From Desulfobacterales bacterium (lineage in GTDB: Bacteria; Desulfobacterota; Desulfobacteria; Desulfobacterales; JAFDDL01): DNA of 64,000 nucleotides. Where the stretch lies: the NCBI GenBank assembly GCA_040235505.1, contig JBECKW010000112.1, forward strand, positions 3,625 through 67,624, read 5' to 3'. Of this stretch, positions 25,838 through 36,324 are shown in pieces. The stretch's first letter is position 1. The number at the start of each line of letters is the position of its first letter. The notes beneath the pieces were generated by a model that worked only from the letters and a program-made list of their open reading frames with translations, had not been told where the DNA came from and made no database searches. A program made the translations under genes and the position numbers.

Positions 25838-27454
25838 ATGATGCAGAAAAAAGCGCATGTGAAACAACTTGCTGTATGGACGGCCGCTGCCATAATGATC
25901 TTTTTTGCCGCGGAAGCCGTCGCTTCCGTGGATACATCGACTGCCGACGAGCAGCCGCGGGCCGACATGATCACGATCGACGGCATGAAGACATTCGGTC
26001 CCCTGGAAAGAGCTTCGGTTGAATTTCTGCATGACAAGCACACGGAAACCTTGAAGAAAGACGGAAAGGACTGCCTCGCCTGTCATATCCAGGATAAAAC
26101 CTCGGGAAAGCTGAGCATCAAGTTTCAGCGTACCGAGGACAAGGACCGGCAGACCGTCATGGACACCTACCACAAGGGATGCATCTCATGCCATAACGAG
26201 CTGCTTTCCGAGGGAAAATCCAGCGGGCCGGTGGAATGTGCCGAATGCCATAACGACAAGACCAAGGCGACCTCCAACTGGCAGGAAATCGGCATGGACC
26301 ATTCCCTTCACTATCGCCATACCAAAGCCCTGGATAAAAAATGCGAAACCTGCCATCACGAATATGACCAGACCACCAAAAAGCTTGTCTATGTAAAAGG
26401 TGAGGAAGGCACCTGCCGGTATTGCCATAAAGAACAGACCGAAGACAACCGAATCGCGATGCGGCAGGCCGCCCATATCGACTGTGTCAATTGCCACCGT
26501 ACCCGCATTGCTCAAAACAAATCCGCGGGCCCGGTTGAGTGTGCCGGATGTCATGATCCGAAGCATCAGGCGGCGATCGAAAAAATAGCGGACGTTCCCC
26601 GGATGGAAATGAAGCAACCGGACACCGTTTTTGTAAAGGCACAACCGGCGGATGCCACGGATACAGAGGCCATCCGGATGAAGCAGGTGCCCTTCGACCA
26701 CAAAGCCCACGAAACTTACAACGATACATGCCGTGCCTGTCACCATGCAAGCATGAAGGGAAATTTGACGGGCTGTACCGACTGCCACACGCTCAAGGGT
26801 GAAAAAGAGGGCGATTGGGTGAGCCTTGAAGAGGCCATGCACCGGAGCAAGGCGGGCGAAAGCTGTGAGGGTTGCCACAAGGAGAAACAGACGGCAAAAG
26901 AGTGCGCCGGATGCCACGGTTCCATGGTCCAGACGGCAACGAAATCGCCGACCTATTGCAATACCTGTCACCTGGTACCGTTGGTCGAAAAAACTGAAGG
27001 CGAAACGACACCGGCTGCTGCCGAAACGGAACCGGTTACGACCGAAACGGCTGCCGATGCCCTGGCGGCCAGGGTACCTACCCTGGAAACCTATCCGGTG
27101 GAGGATATCCCTGAGACGGTAACCATCAAGTCCCTGTCCGAAACTTACCAGCCGGTGGAACTGCCCCACCGGAAGATCGTGCTGACCCTGCTGAAGGGAA
27201 TCCAGGGCAGCAAGCTGGCGCAATATTTCCATACGCAGCCCGGTACGCTCTGCCAGGGATGCCATCACAACAGCCCGGCGGCCGTCAAACCGCCCAAGTG
27301 CGAATCGTGTCATGGCAAGGCGTTTCAGAACGACCAGCCATACCGGCCGGGGCTCAAGGCGGCGTATCATCAGGAGTGCATGGGATGTCACAAACAAATG
27401 AATATCGAAAAACCGGCCAGCCGGGACTGTGTCGCTTGCCATAAGAAAAAGTAG
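25838..27454 (+). CDS. hmcA: High-molecular-weight 16-haem cytochrome c
   Basis: 538 aa. Signal peptide. I count 16 CxxCH motifs (CLACH, CISCH, CAECH, CETCH, CRYCH, CVNCH, CAGCH, CRACH, CTDCH, CEGCH, CAGCH, CNTCH, CQGCH, CESCH, CMGCH, CVACH). Confidence 0.95.
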   Translation: MMQKKAHVKQLAVWTAAAIMIFFAAEAVASVDTSTADEQPRADMITIDGMKTFGPLERASVEFLHDKHTETLKKDGKDCLACHIQDKTSGKLSIKFQRTEDKDRQTVMDTYHKGCISCHNELLSEGKSSGPVECAECHNDKTKATSNWQEIGMDHSLHYRHTKALDKKCETCHHEYDQTTKKLVYVKGEEGTCRYCHKEQTEDNRIAMRQAAHIDCVNCHRTRIAQNKSAGPVECAGCHDPKHQAAIEKIADVPRMEMKQPDTVFVKAQPADATDTEAIRMKQVPFDHKAHETYNDTCRACHHASMKGNLTGCTDCHTLKGEKEGDWVSLEEAMHRSKAGESCEGCHKEKQTAKECAGCHGSMVQTATKSPTYCNTCHLVPLVEKTEGETTPAAAETEPVTTETAADALAARVPTLETYPVEDIPETVTIKSLSETYQPVELPHRKIVLTLLKGIQGSKLAQYFHTQPGTLCQGCHHNSPAAVKPPKCESCHGKAFQNDQPYRPGLKAAYHQECMGCHKQMNIEKPASRDCVACHKKK

Positions 27455-27497
27455 CGTATTGCGTTAATTCCCGACTCGAATATTTGAGGTGTCATCA

Positions 27498-28634
27498 ATG
27501 AGTATTTCACGGAGAAAGTTTTTAGGATGGATGGGAGCCGCCGGTGCCGCGACCATGGTGGGAAAAACGGCAACCGCCTCGACCAACAAGGAATTCCCCG
27601 GATACCCCGGGAGCCACGGCGTCCTGTATGACGCCACGCGCTGCGTCGGCTGCCGACGTTGCGAAGAGGGATGCAACAAGGTCAACGAGCTGCCGGCTCC
27701 GGACCGGCCGTTCGAGGACCTTTCGGTGCTGGATGAAAAACGCCGCACGGATGCCACCCACTTCACCGTGGTGAATGAGTACAAAAAAACCGGCGGGGAA
27801 GCCGGGCCGGTGTTCCGGAAAATTCAGTGCAACCACTGCCTGGAGCCCGCCTGCGCCAATGTCTGCTTCGTCAAGGCGTTCACGAAAACCGAAACCGGCG
27901 CGGTGGTCTACAACCCGAATGTCTGTGTGGGATGCCGTTACTGCATGATCGCCTGCCCCTTTGAAATCCCGGCCTACGAGTACAACGAGCCGCTGACGCC
28001 CCGGGTCCGCAAATGCACCATGTGCTACCCGAGAATCGTAAAGGGACAGCTTCCGGGTTGCGTGGAGGCCTGCCCCATGGAGGCGCTGACCTTCGGAACA
28101 CGCGAGGATCTTCTGAAAATCGCCCGGGACCGGATCGAGAACTATCCGGATCGCTATATTGATCATATTTACGGAGAACGGGAAATGGGCGGCACAAGCT
28201 GGCTCTATATCTCCGGAGTTCCTTTCAAAGAAATCGGCCTTCGGGAGGATCTCGGCACCAAGCCCGCACCGGAATTCACGCTCGGTGCACTCAGTGGCGT
28301 GCCCATGGTGATCGGTCTGTGGCCGGTTCTTCTGACCGGTATTTATGCGATAAACAAACGCAAGGAAAAAATCGCTGCAAAAGAACAATCCGAAGCTGTA
28401 ACCGCCGCAGTGGACGCCGCCAATGATGACGCCACCCAAAAACTTTCCGCATCACTGGAAAAGGCGGAAAAAGACAAGACCTCGGCCATCGACAAGGCCG
28501 TGAAAAAAGCCCTTGAAGAAGCGGAAAAAGCCCGCGCCGAGGAGGAAGCGGCCAAAGCTCAGGCCGAGGCCCCGGAGAGTGCACAAGCACCTGAAGAAGA
28601 TTCCGAGAAAGATACACCACAGGAGGATGCCTGA
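27498..28634 (+). CDS. hmcB: Hmc complex periplasmic 4x[4Fe-4S] ferredoxin subunit with Tat leader and C-terminal anchor
   Basis: [18 protein letters not shown] leader after [42 protein letters not shown]...C motifs. TM helix, then a long Ala/Glu/Lys-rich tail. Confidence 0.9.
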   Translation: MSISRRKFLGWMGAAGAATMVGKTATASTNKEFPGYPGSHGVLYDATRCVGCRRCEEGCNKVNELPAPDRPFEDLSVLDEKRRTDATHFTVVNEYKKTGGEAGPVFRKIQCNHCLEPACANVCFVKAFTKTETGAVVYNPNVCVGCRYCMIACPFEIPAYEYNEPLTPRVRKCTMCYPRIVKGQLPGCVEACPMEALTFGTREDLLKIARDRIENYPDRYIDHIYGEREMGGTSWLYISGVPFKEIGLREDLGTKPAPEFTLGALSGVPMVIGLWPVLLTGIYAINKRKEKIAAKEQSEAVTAAVDAANDDATQKLSASLEKAEKDKTSAIDKAVKKALEEAEKARAEEEAAKAQAEAPESAQAPEEDSEKDTPQEDA

Positions 28635-29806
28635 TGTCTCGCGATACCAAAACCAACGGCAAGCCGCTCTTGACGCCGTTTAACCTCGTTGCCGGAATTA
28701 TTCTGATTATCGGCGCCGTCGTGACCTTTCTGCGGTTCACCCGGGGTCTGGGGCCGGTGACCAACCTGTCGAACTATAACCCCTGGGGAATCTGGATCGG
28801 GTTCGACCTGCTGGTTGGGGTAGCGCTCGCGGCCGGGGGATTTGTCACCTCTGCGGCCTGCTATATTTTCGGCATGAAAAAATTCCATTCGGCCGTTCGA
28901 CCCGCGATCCTCACCGGCTTCCTCGGCTACGCCATGGTGGTGCTCGCCCTGAACTACGATGTCGGCCGGCCCTGGCGCTTGCCCTACCCCTTCATCGTCT
29001 CCCAGGGAACCACCTCCATGCTCTTCGAAGTGGGTGCCTGCGTGGCCCTGTACCTCACGGTGCTGTTTCTTGAGTTCTCACCGGCGGCGCTGGAATGGCT
29101 GGGGTTGAAAAAACTTCGGAATGTCCTGCATTCGGTGACGCTGGTGCTGACCATTTTAGGGGTGATTCTCTCGACGCTGCATCAGTCATCCCTGGGAGCA
29201 CTCTTCTTGATCGCACCATCAAAATTGCACCCACTATGGTACTCGTCCTATCTGCCCATCTATTTCTTCATTTCAGCCGTCATCGCCGGGCTTTCCATGG
29301 TAATTTTCGAGGGCACCCTTTCACATCACTACTTTGAAGACAAGATGGATAAAACCCATATGGAAGAAAAGGATGGGGTGGTGCTGGGGTTCGGCAAGGC
29401 GGCTTCCTGGGTGCTGGCCGGATACTTCATCATCAAGGTTATCGGGATTGCGGTAGACAACAACTGGCATTATCTTGCCACCGGCTACGGTGCCTGGTAC
29501 CTGGTGGAGATTTTGGGGTTTGTGGCCCTGCCCTGCTTCCTGTATGCCATTGGCACCCGGGAAAAGAACCTCACCCTCATTAAATGGACTGCGGCCTGGA
29601 CCGTGCTGGGCATCATGGTGAACCGCCTGAACGTTTCGCTCATTGCCTTCAACTGGCAACTGCCTTCAAGTGAGCGGTATTTCCCCAGTTGGATGGAGAT
29701 TTCCATCACGCTTTTCGTTATCACCATCGGGATACTGGTGTTTCGTTTCATCGTCACCCGCATGCCGATTTTTTACGAACATCCCGAATACGGCGATTCA
29801 CACTAG
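28634..29806 (+). CDS. hmcC: Hmc complex NrfD/PsrC-like integral membrane subunit
   Basis: 390 aa, polytopic. TGATG overlap with hmcB. Size and position match HmcC. Confidence 0.9.
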   Translation: MSRDTKTNGKPLLTPFNLVAGIILIIGAVVTFLRFTRGLGPVTNLSNYNPWGIWIGFDLLVGVALAAGGFVTSAACYIFGMKKFHSAVRPAILTGFLGYAMVVLALNYDVGRPWRLPYPFIVSQGTTSMLFEVGACVALYLTVLFLEFSPAALEWLGLKKLRNVLHSVTLVLTILGVILSTLHQSSLGALFLIAPSKLHPLWYSSYLPIYFFISAVIAGLSMVIFEGTLSHHYFEDKMDKTHMEEKDGVVLGFGKAASWVLAGYFIIKVIGIAVDNNWHYLATGYGAWYLVEILGFVALPCFLYAIGTREKNLTLIKWTAAWTVLGIMVNRLNVSLIAFNWQLPSSERYFPSWMEISITLFVITIGILVFRFIVTRMPIFYEHPEYGDSH

Positions 29807-29818
29807 AGGAGGCCTGTC

Positions 29819-29950
29819 ATGCACGGGATTTATTACACGCTTCAGCAATTTCTGACCCACGCCAAGGGGGTCACCTACATCATCATGGTGCTGGCACTGC
29901 TTGCCTTTCTGGGGTTCTGGCGGTTTCTGGCAGGAAACGACGAAGACTAA
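29819..29950 (+). CDS. hmcD: Hmc complex small single-TM subunit (43 aa)
   Basis: Not in the track. ATG after AGAGGAGG. MHGIYYTLQQFLTHAKGVTYIIMVLALLAFLGFWRFLAGNDED*. Lies exactly in the hmcC-hmcE gap where HmcD sits in Desulfovibrio. Confidence 0.6.
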   Translation: MHGIYYTLQQFLTHAKGVTYIIMVLALLAFLGFWRFLAGNDED

Positions 29951-29965
29951 AGGAGAGAAACAGCC

Positions 29966-30643
29966 ATGTATGAATTTGTCACCGGCCCATTGGCATGGTT
30001 TGCCTTTGCCGTCTTTTTCATCGGAATTCTTTACCGGATTGTCTGGTATTTCCGGGGCCTCGACTGGCAGGCCGACCGGGTTGCCTACACCGAGCATGCA
30101 GCTTACGGACTGCGGGGAGCCATCCGGTCCATCGTGTACTGGATCGTTCCCTTCGGAAGCCACAGCTGGCGTTTTTATAAGGGGACGACCGTCCTGGTGT
30201 TCGCCTTCCATATCGGACTTCTCTTCACCCCGATTTTCCTGCGGGCGCACAATGTGCTGCTTTTCGAGAAATGGGGCGTGCACCTCTGGTCCATGCCAGA
30301 AGGGCTTGCGGATGTGTTGACGGTGGTGGTGATGGTGGCGGCCCTGTTTTTACTGCTTCGCCGAATCGCCTACCCCCAGATCCGGATCCTCACGAACCTG
30401 TATGACTATCTGCTGCTGGTGATCGCAGTGGCGCCTTTTGTAACGGGGTTTCTGGCCCATCATCAGGTGGGGAACTACAATTTCTGGCTGATTGCCCATA
30501 TTCTCTGCGGGGAGTTGTGGCTGGTGGCCGTACCGCTGACGAAGCTCTCCCACTTTATTCTATTTTTCCTGTCCCGCGCCCAGATCGGCATGGATTTCGG
30601 CATCAAACGCGGCGGCATGAAAAACAAGGGGATGGTCTGGTAA
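29966..30643 (+). CDS. hmcE: Hmc complex b-type cytochrome membrane subunit (NarI/DsrM/HdrE-like)
   Basis: 225 aa, about 5-6 TM helices with conserved His residues. RBS AAAGGAGAG. Confidence 0.85.
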   Translation: MYEFVTGPLAWFAFAVFFIGILYRIVWYFRGLDWQADRVAYTEHAAYGLRGAIRSIVYWIVPFGSHSWRFYKGTTVLVFAFHIGLLFTPIFLRAHNVLLFEKWGVHLWSMPEGLADVLTVVVMVAALFLLLRRIAYPQIRILTNLYDYLLLVIAVAPFVTGFLAHHQVGNYNFWLIAHILCGELWLVAVPLTKLSHFILFFLSRAQIGMDFGIKRGGMKNKGMVW

Positions 30644-30677
30644 CTATTAACCGCCATAGACAGGATGGAAACGTAAA

Positions 30678-32066
30678 ATGCCTGAAGGAATACTCTGCAA
30701 CAAAAAGCCGGTAACGACCAAGGAAATGCTGGATGCGCTTTTGGCCGACAAGAGCGGAAAACAGTATTACGAAGAGATGAAACAGCTGGATGTGGACCAG
30801 AAGGCCCTGTGGGCCGCCATCCAGAAGAGCCTGAAATCCCGGACCAAGACCTGGCTCGAAATCTGCGCCCACTGCGGCATGTGTGCCGACAGCTGCTTTT
30901 TCTACCTGGCCAACAACAAGGACCCCAAGCAGGTACCCTCCTACAAGATCCAGTCGACCCTCGGTGAATTGGTCCGGCGAAAAGGAAAAGTGGACAACGA
31001 GTTCATGATCAAGGTCATGGACACGGCCTGGGGAAAATGCACCTGCTGCAACCGGTGCGGCCTGTATTGCCCCTTCGGCATCGACATGGGCGTCATGTTC
31101 AGCTATCTGCGGGGCCTCTGCTATTCCCAGGGATTCGTGCCGTGGGAGATGAAAATAGGTGCCGGCATGCACCGGATCTACCGGGCCCAGATGGACATCA
31201 CCACCGAGGACTGGGTGGAGACCTGCGAGTGGATGGCCGAGGAGTACGAGGAGGATTGGCCGGGGCTCGAGATTCCGGTGGACAAGGAGGACGCGGACAT
31301 CATCTACACGGTCAACGCCCGGGAACCCAAGCATTATCCCGAGGATCTGGCCGAAGCGGCGATCCTGTTTCACCTGGCGGGCGAAAACTGGACCGTGCCC
31401 AGCGAAGGGTGGGAGGAAACCAGCCTGGCCATGTTTGCCGGCGACTGGGAGGCCTGCAAGATTCAGGTACAATCGGTCTATGATGCCATCGACCGGCTCA
31501 AGCCAAAGAAAATGGTGGTCACCGAGTGCGGCCATGCCTACCGCGCCACGGTCATCGAAGGCCCCTATTGGGCCGGGCTCAAAACCGGCCGCACACCGGT
31601 GGAGAGCTTCCACTACGTGGAATGGGTGGCGGAAATGCTTCGCACCGGACGTATCAAGATCGACCCGGCCAAGAAAATCAAGGAGCCCGTCACCTACCAG
31701 GATTCCTGTAACTACATCCGGAACGCCGGCCTCAAGGAAGCCGCCCGGGAAATCATGAGTTACATTGCCGAAGACTTCCGGGAGATGAAACCCTGCAAGG
31801 AGCACAACTTCTGTTGCGGCGGTGGCGGCGGCATGAACGGCGTCGGCCGGTACCGGACGCAGCGAAACATCGGCCTCCAGGTCAAGCGGGATCAGATCCT
31901 TGCCACCGGGGCAAAACTGGTCATCAGTCCTTGCCACAACTGCTGGGACGCCATCCGGGATCTTGAGGAAGTCTATAAAATCGGCATTCGCTGGTCCTTC
32001 CTGAAACCGCTTCTGATCGAAATGGCCATCGTGCCGGATCATCTGAAACCACCGGAGGACGAATAG
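30678..32066 (+). CDS. hmcF: Hmc complex cytoplasmic Fe-S subunit (HdrD/DsrK-like, CCG domains)
   Basis: 462 aa. [11 protein letters not shown] and [10 protein letters not shown] ferredoxin-like motifs. CNY...CCGGGGG CCG-type motif. Confidence 0.9.
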   Translation: MPEGILCNKKPVTTKEMLDALLADKSGKQYYEEMKQLDVDQKALWAAIQKSLKSRTKTWLEICAHCGMCADSCFFYLANNKDPKQVPSYKIQSTLGELVRRKGKVDNEFMIKVMDTAWGKCTCCNRCGLYCPFGIDMGVMFSYLRGLCYSQGFVPWEMKIGAGMHRIYRAQMDITTEDWVETCEWMAEEYEEDWPGLEIPVDKEDADIIYTVNAREPKHYPEDLAEAAILFHLAGENWTVPSEGWEETSLAMFAGDWEACKIQVQSVYDAIDRLKPKKMVVTECGHAYRATVIEGPYWAGLKTGRTPVESFHYVEWVAEMLRTGRIKIDPAKKIKEPVTYQDSCNYIRNAGLKEAAREIMSYIAEDFREMKPCKEHNFCCGGGGGMNGVGRYRTQRNIGLQVKRDQILATGAKLVISPCHNCWDAIRDLEEVYKIGIRWSFLKPLLIEMAIVPDHLKPPEDE

Positions 32067-32158
32067 ATTGATGAAGTCGTAAAAGATCGGGATCACCACG
32101 AAGAATTCTGTTTAATGCCCCCTTGAGGGGTACACGAAGAGCACGAAGAAAAAAATAA

Positions 32159-32198
32159 AGGCGTAGACGTTGAAATGTTTCAGGGTCTGCGCCTTTTT
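32159..32198 (+). terminator. Rho-independent terminator after hmcF
   Basis: AGGCGTAGAC-16 nt loop-GTCTGCGCCT (one G-U pair) followed by TTTTT. Confidence 0.5.
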
Positions 32199-32255
32199 GT
32201 ATGAAGAGTCGCTTTTTAAAGAACGCGCAAATGAAGTCGCCAGATACGCAAACTA

Positions 32256-32469
32256 GCCGATCCGGGGAAGGATTTTGGCGGAAGCCGGGTCGCCTGTTTG
32301 AAACGGATTACAGATTCTTAAGAAAATCAGAATGGGATCCCGGAAATGAGTACTGTTCGCCCCAAGATTTATGGGGTCGTATCTTCAATGGTTCCGGCGC
32401 TGATTTTCTTTAGAAGCTGTTATCCGTGAGTTCGAGCCGGCTTCCGCCAAAATCCTTCCCCGGATCGGC
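32256..32469. repeat. 214-bp near-palindromic element with perfect 33-bp terminal inverted repeats
   Basis: 32256-32288 GCCGATCCGGGGAAGGATTTTGGCGGAAGCCGG is the exact reverse complement of 32437-32469. Inner segments also pair (AACGGATTACAGATTCTTAAGAAAATCAG with CTGATTTTCTTTAGAAGCTGTTATCCGTG). Confidence 0.9.
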
Positions 32470-32602
32470 GGGTCTCACCCCCCAAACGAAATTTAATCCT
32501 TCTTCCTGAAGTATTATGCTTCAAGCCTTTAGGCCATTTCCACCTATTTTCCAGATGAATTCTTCGCAATCTGCAGGTATAATAATAGATCGGGGTTAAA
32601 CC

Positions 32603-35600
32603 ATGGGAGAAAAAGCAATGAACAAAGATGCCATGGATGTTATCACCACACGGGCCATTGACCGCGCCAAACTTTGGCAGGCGCTTTCCGACAGGGAGAA
32701 AACTCCCGACGAAAAAATCCTCCTCCGGCGGCTCGACAGACTCATTTCCCGACCCGACGGGAAGGCGGCCATGGTGAAGCTCATCGACCAGAGCTTCCGT
32801 TCGAAAAACCCCGAAAGGGTGGCCGATCAGATTCAATTCATTTTCAAGACCCACGGTATCCCGAATTATTTCTCCGCCGGAGACCGCCTGCTGGTACAGC
32901 TGTTTCTCCAGGTGGGCCGGCATTTCCCCCGCCTGTCGGTTCCCGCCATCATCGCCAGAATGCGAAAGGACAGCAGCCGGTCCATTATCTCCGGACACCG
33001 GCCGGCATTTACCCGATATCTGGACAAACGCAAAACCGAAGGCGTCCGCCTCAACATCAACCACCTCGGCGAGGCGGTACTCGGCGAAGGAGAGGCCCGC
33101 CGGCATTTTGAAACGTACCTTTCCGACCTGAACGATCCCCGCATCGAATGCATCTCGGTCAAGGCCTCATCCCTCTACTCCCAGATCACCCCCCTGGCCT
33201 TCGACGCGTCCCTCCGAATTCTCCGGGAACGCCTGGAAGGCCTTTACCGAACGGCCGCTCGCTGCCGCTACCGGTCGATGGACGGCCGACAGGTTCCCAA
33301 ATTCGTCAACCTGGACATGGAGGGTTACCGGGATGTCGAGCTCACGGTGGCCGCCTTTCGCGCCGCCCTCGAACTTCCGGAACTGGTGGACGTTTCGGCG
33401 GGCATCGCCCTCCAAGCCTACCTTCCGGATGCCGCCGCAATCCAGGAAACGCTCACTGCGTGGGCCGAAGACCGGGTCCGCCGGGGCGGGGCACCCATTT
33501 ATCTTCGCATCGTCAAGGGCGCCAACATGGAAATGGAACGCGTCGAATCGGCCATCCGAAACTGGCCCTCCCCGACCTTTGACAACAAGCTTGCCGTGGA
33601 CGCTAATTTCAAGCGAATGATAACCTTCGGCATGACGGGAGACAGGACCCGGTCCGTTCACCTCGGCATCGCCTCCCACAACCTGTTTGATATTGCCTGG
33701 GCCTGGGAGCTTTCCCTGGCGGAACGGGTCGCAGACAACGTCACCTTCGAGATGCTCGAGGGGATGGCCGACCATGTCCGGCGGGCTGTTCAGATGGATG
33801 TGGGTCGGATGCTTCTCTATGCGCCGGTGGCGGATCGGCACAATTTCATCAGCGCCATCGCCTACCTGGTGCGGCGTCTCGATGAGAACACCGGCTCCGA
33901 CAACTTCCTCCATCATGCCCCCCGGCTTCAAGCCGGATCGAAGGCCTGGCGGGGCCTGGAGCGCCAGTTCCTGGCCTCACTCCGGTCCTGGGACGAAATT
34001 CCGGGCGCCCCCTTCCGAACCCAGAACCGGTTGGCGGAATCCCCGTCTGAATCCCACCGGCTTTCTCCGGACGCCCCGTTCACCAACGAGCCGGATACCG
34101 ACTTTTCCCTTTCCCAAAACCGTGAGTGGGCTGGCGGCATCCGGGAAAAATGGAAACCCGGCCCCGAAACCGAAGCCATTGAAATCCCCCTCGCCATTGC
34201 CGGTGAAGATGTTTTTTCCGGTCGGGATACCGCCGGATGCCCAGACCCGTCCCGACCAAATCCATCCCAACCCGATCCATCCCAACCCGAGCCTTCCCAG
34301 GCGGGAGAGGGAAAGGCTGCCGCTCCCGGCCCATTTGCCCGGTTCGCCCTTGCCACCGAGGCGGACGCTGCCCGGGCAGCCCTCACGGCCGCCGATGATT
34401 CCGACGGATGGCGGAAAAAATCCGGGGAGGAGCGGCGACGGATTTTTGCCGAGGTGGCCAGGCAACTCCGAATCCACCGGGGGGACCTCATGGGAGCTGC
34501 GGCCGCCGAGACGGGAAAGCTTTTTCCCGAGTCGGACCCGGAGGTCTCCGAGGCCATCGATTTCGTGGAATATTATCCCCGCTCCGCTGACGCCTTTGTT
34601 CGGCTTCCCACAATCTCCGCCCAACCCAAGGGGGTGGGGTTGGTTATCGCTCCCTGGAATTTTCCCATTGCCATCCCCTGCGGCGGTATTACGGCGGCGC
34701 TTTCGGCCGGAAACACCGTCATTTTCAAACCTTCTTCCCAGGCGGTCCTCACGGGCCGGGAGCTTTGCCGCTGCTTCTGGGACGCCGGAATTTCGAAAAA
34801 CACGCTCCAGTTCATTCCCTGTCGGGGAGAAGCCGCCGCAGGCACCCTGACGCAGCGTCCGGAAATCGATTTCATTATCTTCACCGGCGGCACCGACACG
34901 GCTCTGAATATCCTCTCCGGGCGGCCGGACATCCGGCTGGCGGCGGAAACCGGGGGCAAAAACGCCACCATCGTGACGGCCATGGCCGATCGGGACCAGG
35001 CGATTTTGGACGTGGTGCATTCGGCCTTTTCAAACAGCGGCCAGAAATGCTCGGCCACCTCCCTCCTGATCCTGGAAAAGGAGGTCTATGACGATCCGAA
35101 CTTCAAGGCCCGGCTCGTAGATGCCGCCGAAAGCCTTCCGGTGGGCTCGGCCTGGGCCTTTGAAACCCGCATGGGACCCCTCATCCGGCCCCCTTCCGGG
35201 AAGCTCCTGGAGGCCCTCACCCGGCTTCTGCCCGGCGAGTCCTGGGCCTTGAAACCCCGGCGGCGCCCGGAAAACCCGTACCTGTGGACCCCCGGCATCA
35301 AATGGGGCGTACGCCCCGGCAGCATTACGCACACCACGGAATTTTTCGGCCCGCTCCTCGGGGTTATGCGGGCCGAAAACCTGGCGGAGGCCGTAGCCCT
35401 GGCGAATCAAACCGGCTACGGTCTCACCGCCGGCCTGGAAAGCCTGGATGCCCGGGAGCAGGAATACTGGAAGGAGTCCCTCCGGGCCGGGAATCTCTAC
35501 ATCAACCGCGGCACCACCGGGGCCGTAGTCCTGCGGCAACCCTTCGGCGGCATGGGAAAATCCGCCCTGGGCGCCGGTATCAAGGCGGGCGGTCCCAATT

Positions 35601-36295
35601 ATGTGAGCCAGTTCATGGACTTCAGCGACGCCGGACCGTCCCCGGCGGGCCCCATCCGACACGAGCATCGCCTGCTTCACCTGATTCAAGACTGGGAGCA
35701 GAAGCTTCGTTGGGGAAGCTGGCCGGTGGAAACAGGGACGGACATCGAACGGACCCTTCAGGCGGTGAAGAACTACCTTCACCGGCATGAGGATTTTGCC
35801 GCCGAAACGGACTTTTTCAATATCCGGGGTCAGGACAACCTGCTCCGATATCTGCCCCTGGGAAGGGTGGTTGTCAGGCTTCATGAAAAAGACTCTCTTT
35901 TCGAGGTCCTTGGACGTCTTGCGGCAGCCGAAATCGCCGGTTGCCGGCCCGAGGCAAGTCTTCCCCCCGGACTTGAAACCTCTGCAACGGAATTTCTGCG
36001 CGGGTCCGAAGGCATCCGGTTTTTAGACACCATCCCTCTTCGCACACAGACTGATGAAGAACTCGCTGCAGTGGTATCGAGGAAGATCCGTCTTCGCTAT
36101 GCCGCGCCGGATCGTGTCCCGGAGCAAATCCTCCGGTGCGCGGCGGCCGCCGGAGCCTACATCGCCCGGGCCCCCGTACTGATGGAAGGCCGCCTGGAAT
36201 TCCTTCATTACCTGCAGGAGCAGAGCATCTGCCATAACTACCACCGGTACGGCAACCTGGGCGACCGGGCGCCGGCATTCTCGGGCGGCGCATGA
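32603..36295 (+). CDS. putA: Bifunctional proline dehydrogenase / L-glutamate-gamma-semialdehyde (P5C) dehydrogenase
   Basis: 1230 aa. PRODH barrel strings ([38 protein letters not shown]). ALDH domain ([16 protein letters not shown], catalytic GQKCSATS). Start may be the second ATG at 32618. Confidence 0.9.
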   Translation: MGEKAMNKDAMDVITTRAIDRAKLWQALSDREKTPDEKILLRRLDRLISRPDGKAAMVKLIDQSFRSKNPERVADQIQFIFKTHGIPNYFSAGDRLLVQLFLQVGRHFPRLSVPAIIARMRKDSSRSIISGHRPAFTRYLDKRKTEGVRLNINHLGEAVLGEGEARRHFETYLSDLNDPRIECISVKASSLYSQITPLAFDASLRILRERLEGLYRTAARCRYRSMDGRQVPKFVNLDMEGYRDVELTVAAFRAALELPELVDVSAGIALQAYLPDAAAIQETLTAWAEDRVRRGGAPIYLRIVKGANMEMERVESAIRNWPSPTFDNKLAVDANFKRMITFGMTGDRTRSVHLGIASHNLFDIAWAWELSLAERVADNVTFEMLEGMADHVRRAVQMDVGRMLLYAPVADRHNFISAIAYLVRRLDENTGSDNFLHHAPRLQAGSKAWRGLERQFLASLRSWDEIPGAPFRTQNRLAESPSESHRLSPDAPFTNEPDTDFSLSQNREWAGGIREKWKPGPETEAIEIPLAIAGEDVFSGRDTAGCPDPSRPNPSQPDPSQPEPSQAGEGKAAAPGPFARFALATEADAARAALTAADDSDGWRKKSGEERRRIFAEVARQLRIHRGDLMGAAAAETGKLFPESDPEVSEAIDFVEYYPRSADAFVRLPTISAQPKGVGLVIAPWNFPIAIPCGGITAALSAGNTVIFKPSSQAVLTGRELCRCFWDAGISKNTLQFIPCRGEAAAGTLTQRPEIDFIIFTGGTDTALNILSGRPDIRLAAETGGKNATIVTAMADRDQAILDVVHSAFSNSGQKCSATSLLILEKEVYDDPNFKARLVDAAESLPVGSAWAFETRMGPLIRPPSGKLLEALTRLLPGESWALKPRRRPENPYLWTPGIKWGVRPGSITHTTEFFGPLLGVMRAENLAEAVALANQTGYGLTAGLESLDAREQEYWKESLRAGNLYINRGTTGAVVLRQPFGGMGKSALGAGIKAGGPNYVSQFMDFSDAGPSPAGPIRHEHRLLHLIQDWEQKLRWGSWPVETGTDIERTLQAVKNYLHRHEDFAAETDFFNIRGQDNLLRYLPLGRVVVRLHEKDSLFEVLGRLAAAEIAGCRPEASLPPGLETSATEFLRGSEGIRFLDTIPLRTQTDEELAAVVSRKIRLRYAAPDRVPEQILRCAAAAGAYIARAPVLMEGRLEFLHYLQEQSICHNYHRYGNLGDRAPAFSGGA
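34241..34300 (+). repeat. 4 x 15-nt in-frame tandem repeat inside putA ([20 protein letters not shown])
   Basis: CCAGACCCGTCCCGA CCAAATCCATCCCAA CCCGATCCATCCCAA CCCGAGCCTTCCCAG, in the linker between the PRODH and ALDH domains. Confidence 0.85.
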
Positions 36296-36324
36296 CCGGG
36301 ACAATCGAATACGGAGGACCACTG

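Noticed and set aside
26186-27442. 418-aa minus-strand ORF opposite hmcA
   Set aside because: It is antisense to the 16-haem cytochrome. It has no motifs and no RBS.
30603-32099. 498-aa minus-strand ORF opposite hmcF
   Set aside because: It is an antisense shadow. hmcF carries clear Fe-S and CCG motifs on the plus strand.
33167-35884. Several 200-390-aa ORFs on both strands within putA (e.g. 33687..34850 +, 33977..35020 -, 35030..35884 -)
   Set aside because: All are alternative frames of the putA region. Only the 32603..36295 frame shows PRODH and ALDH motifs.
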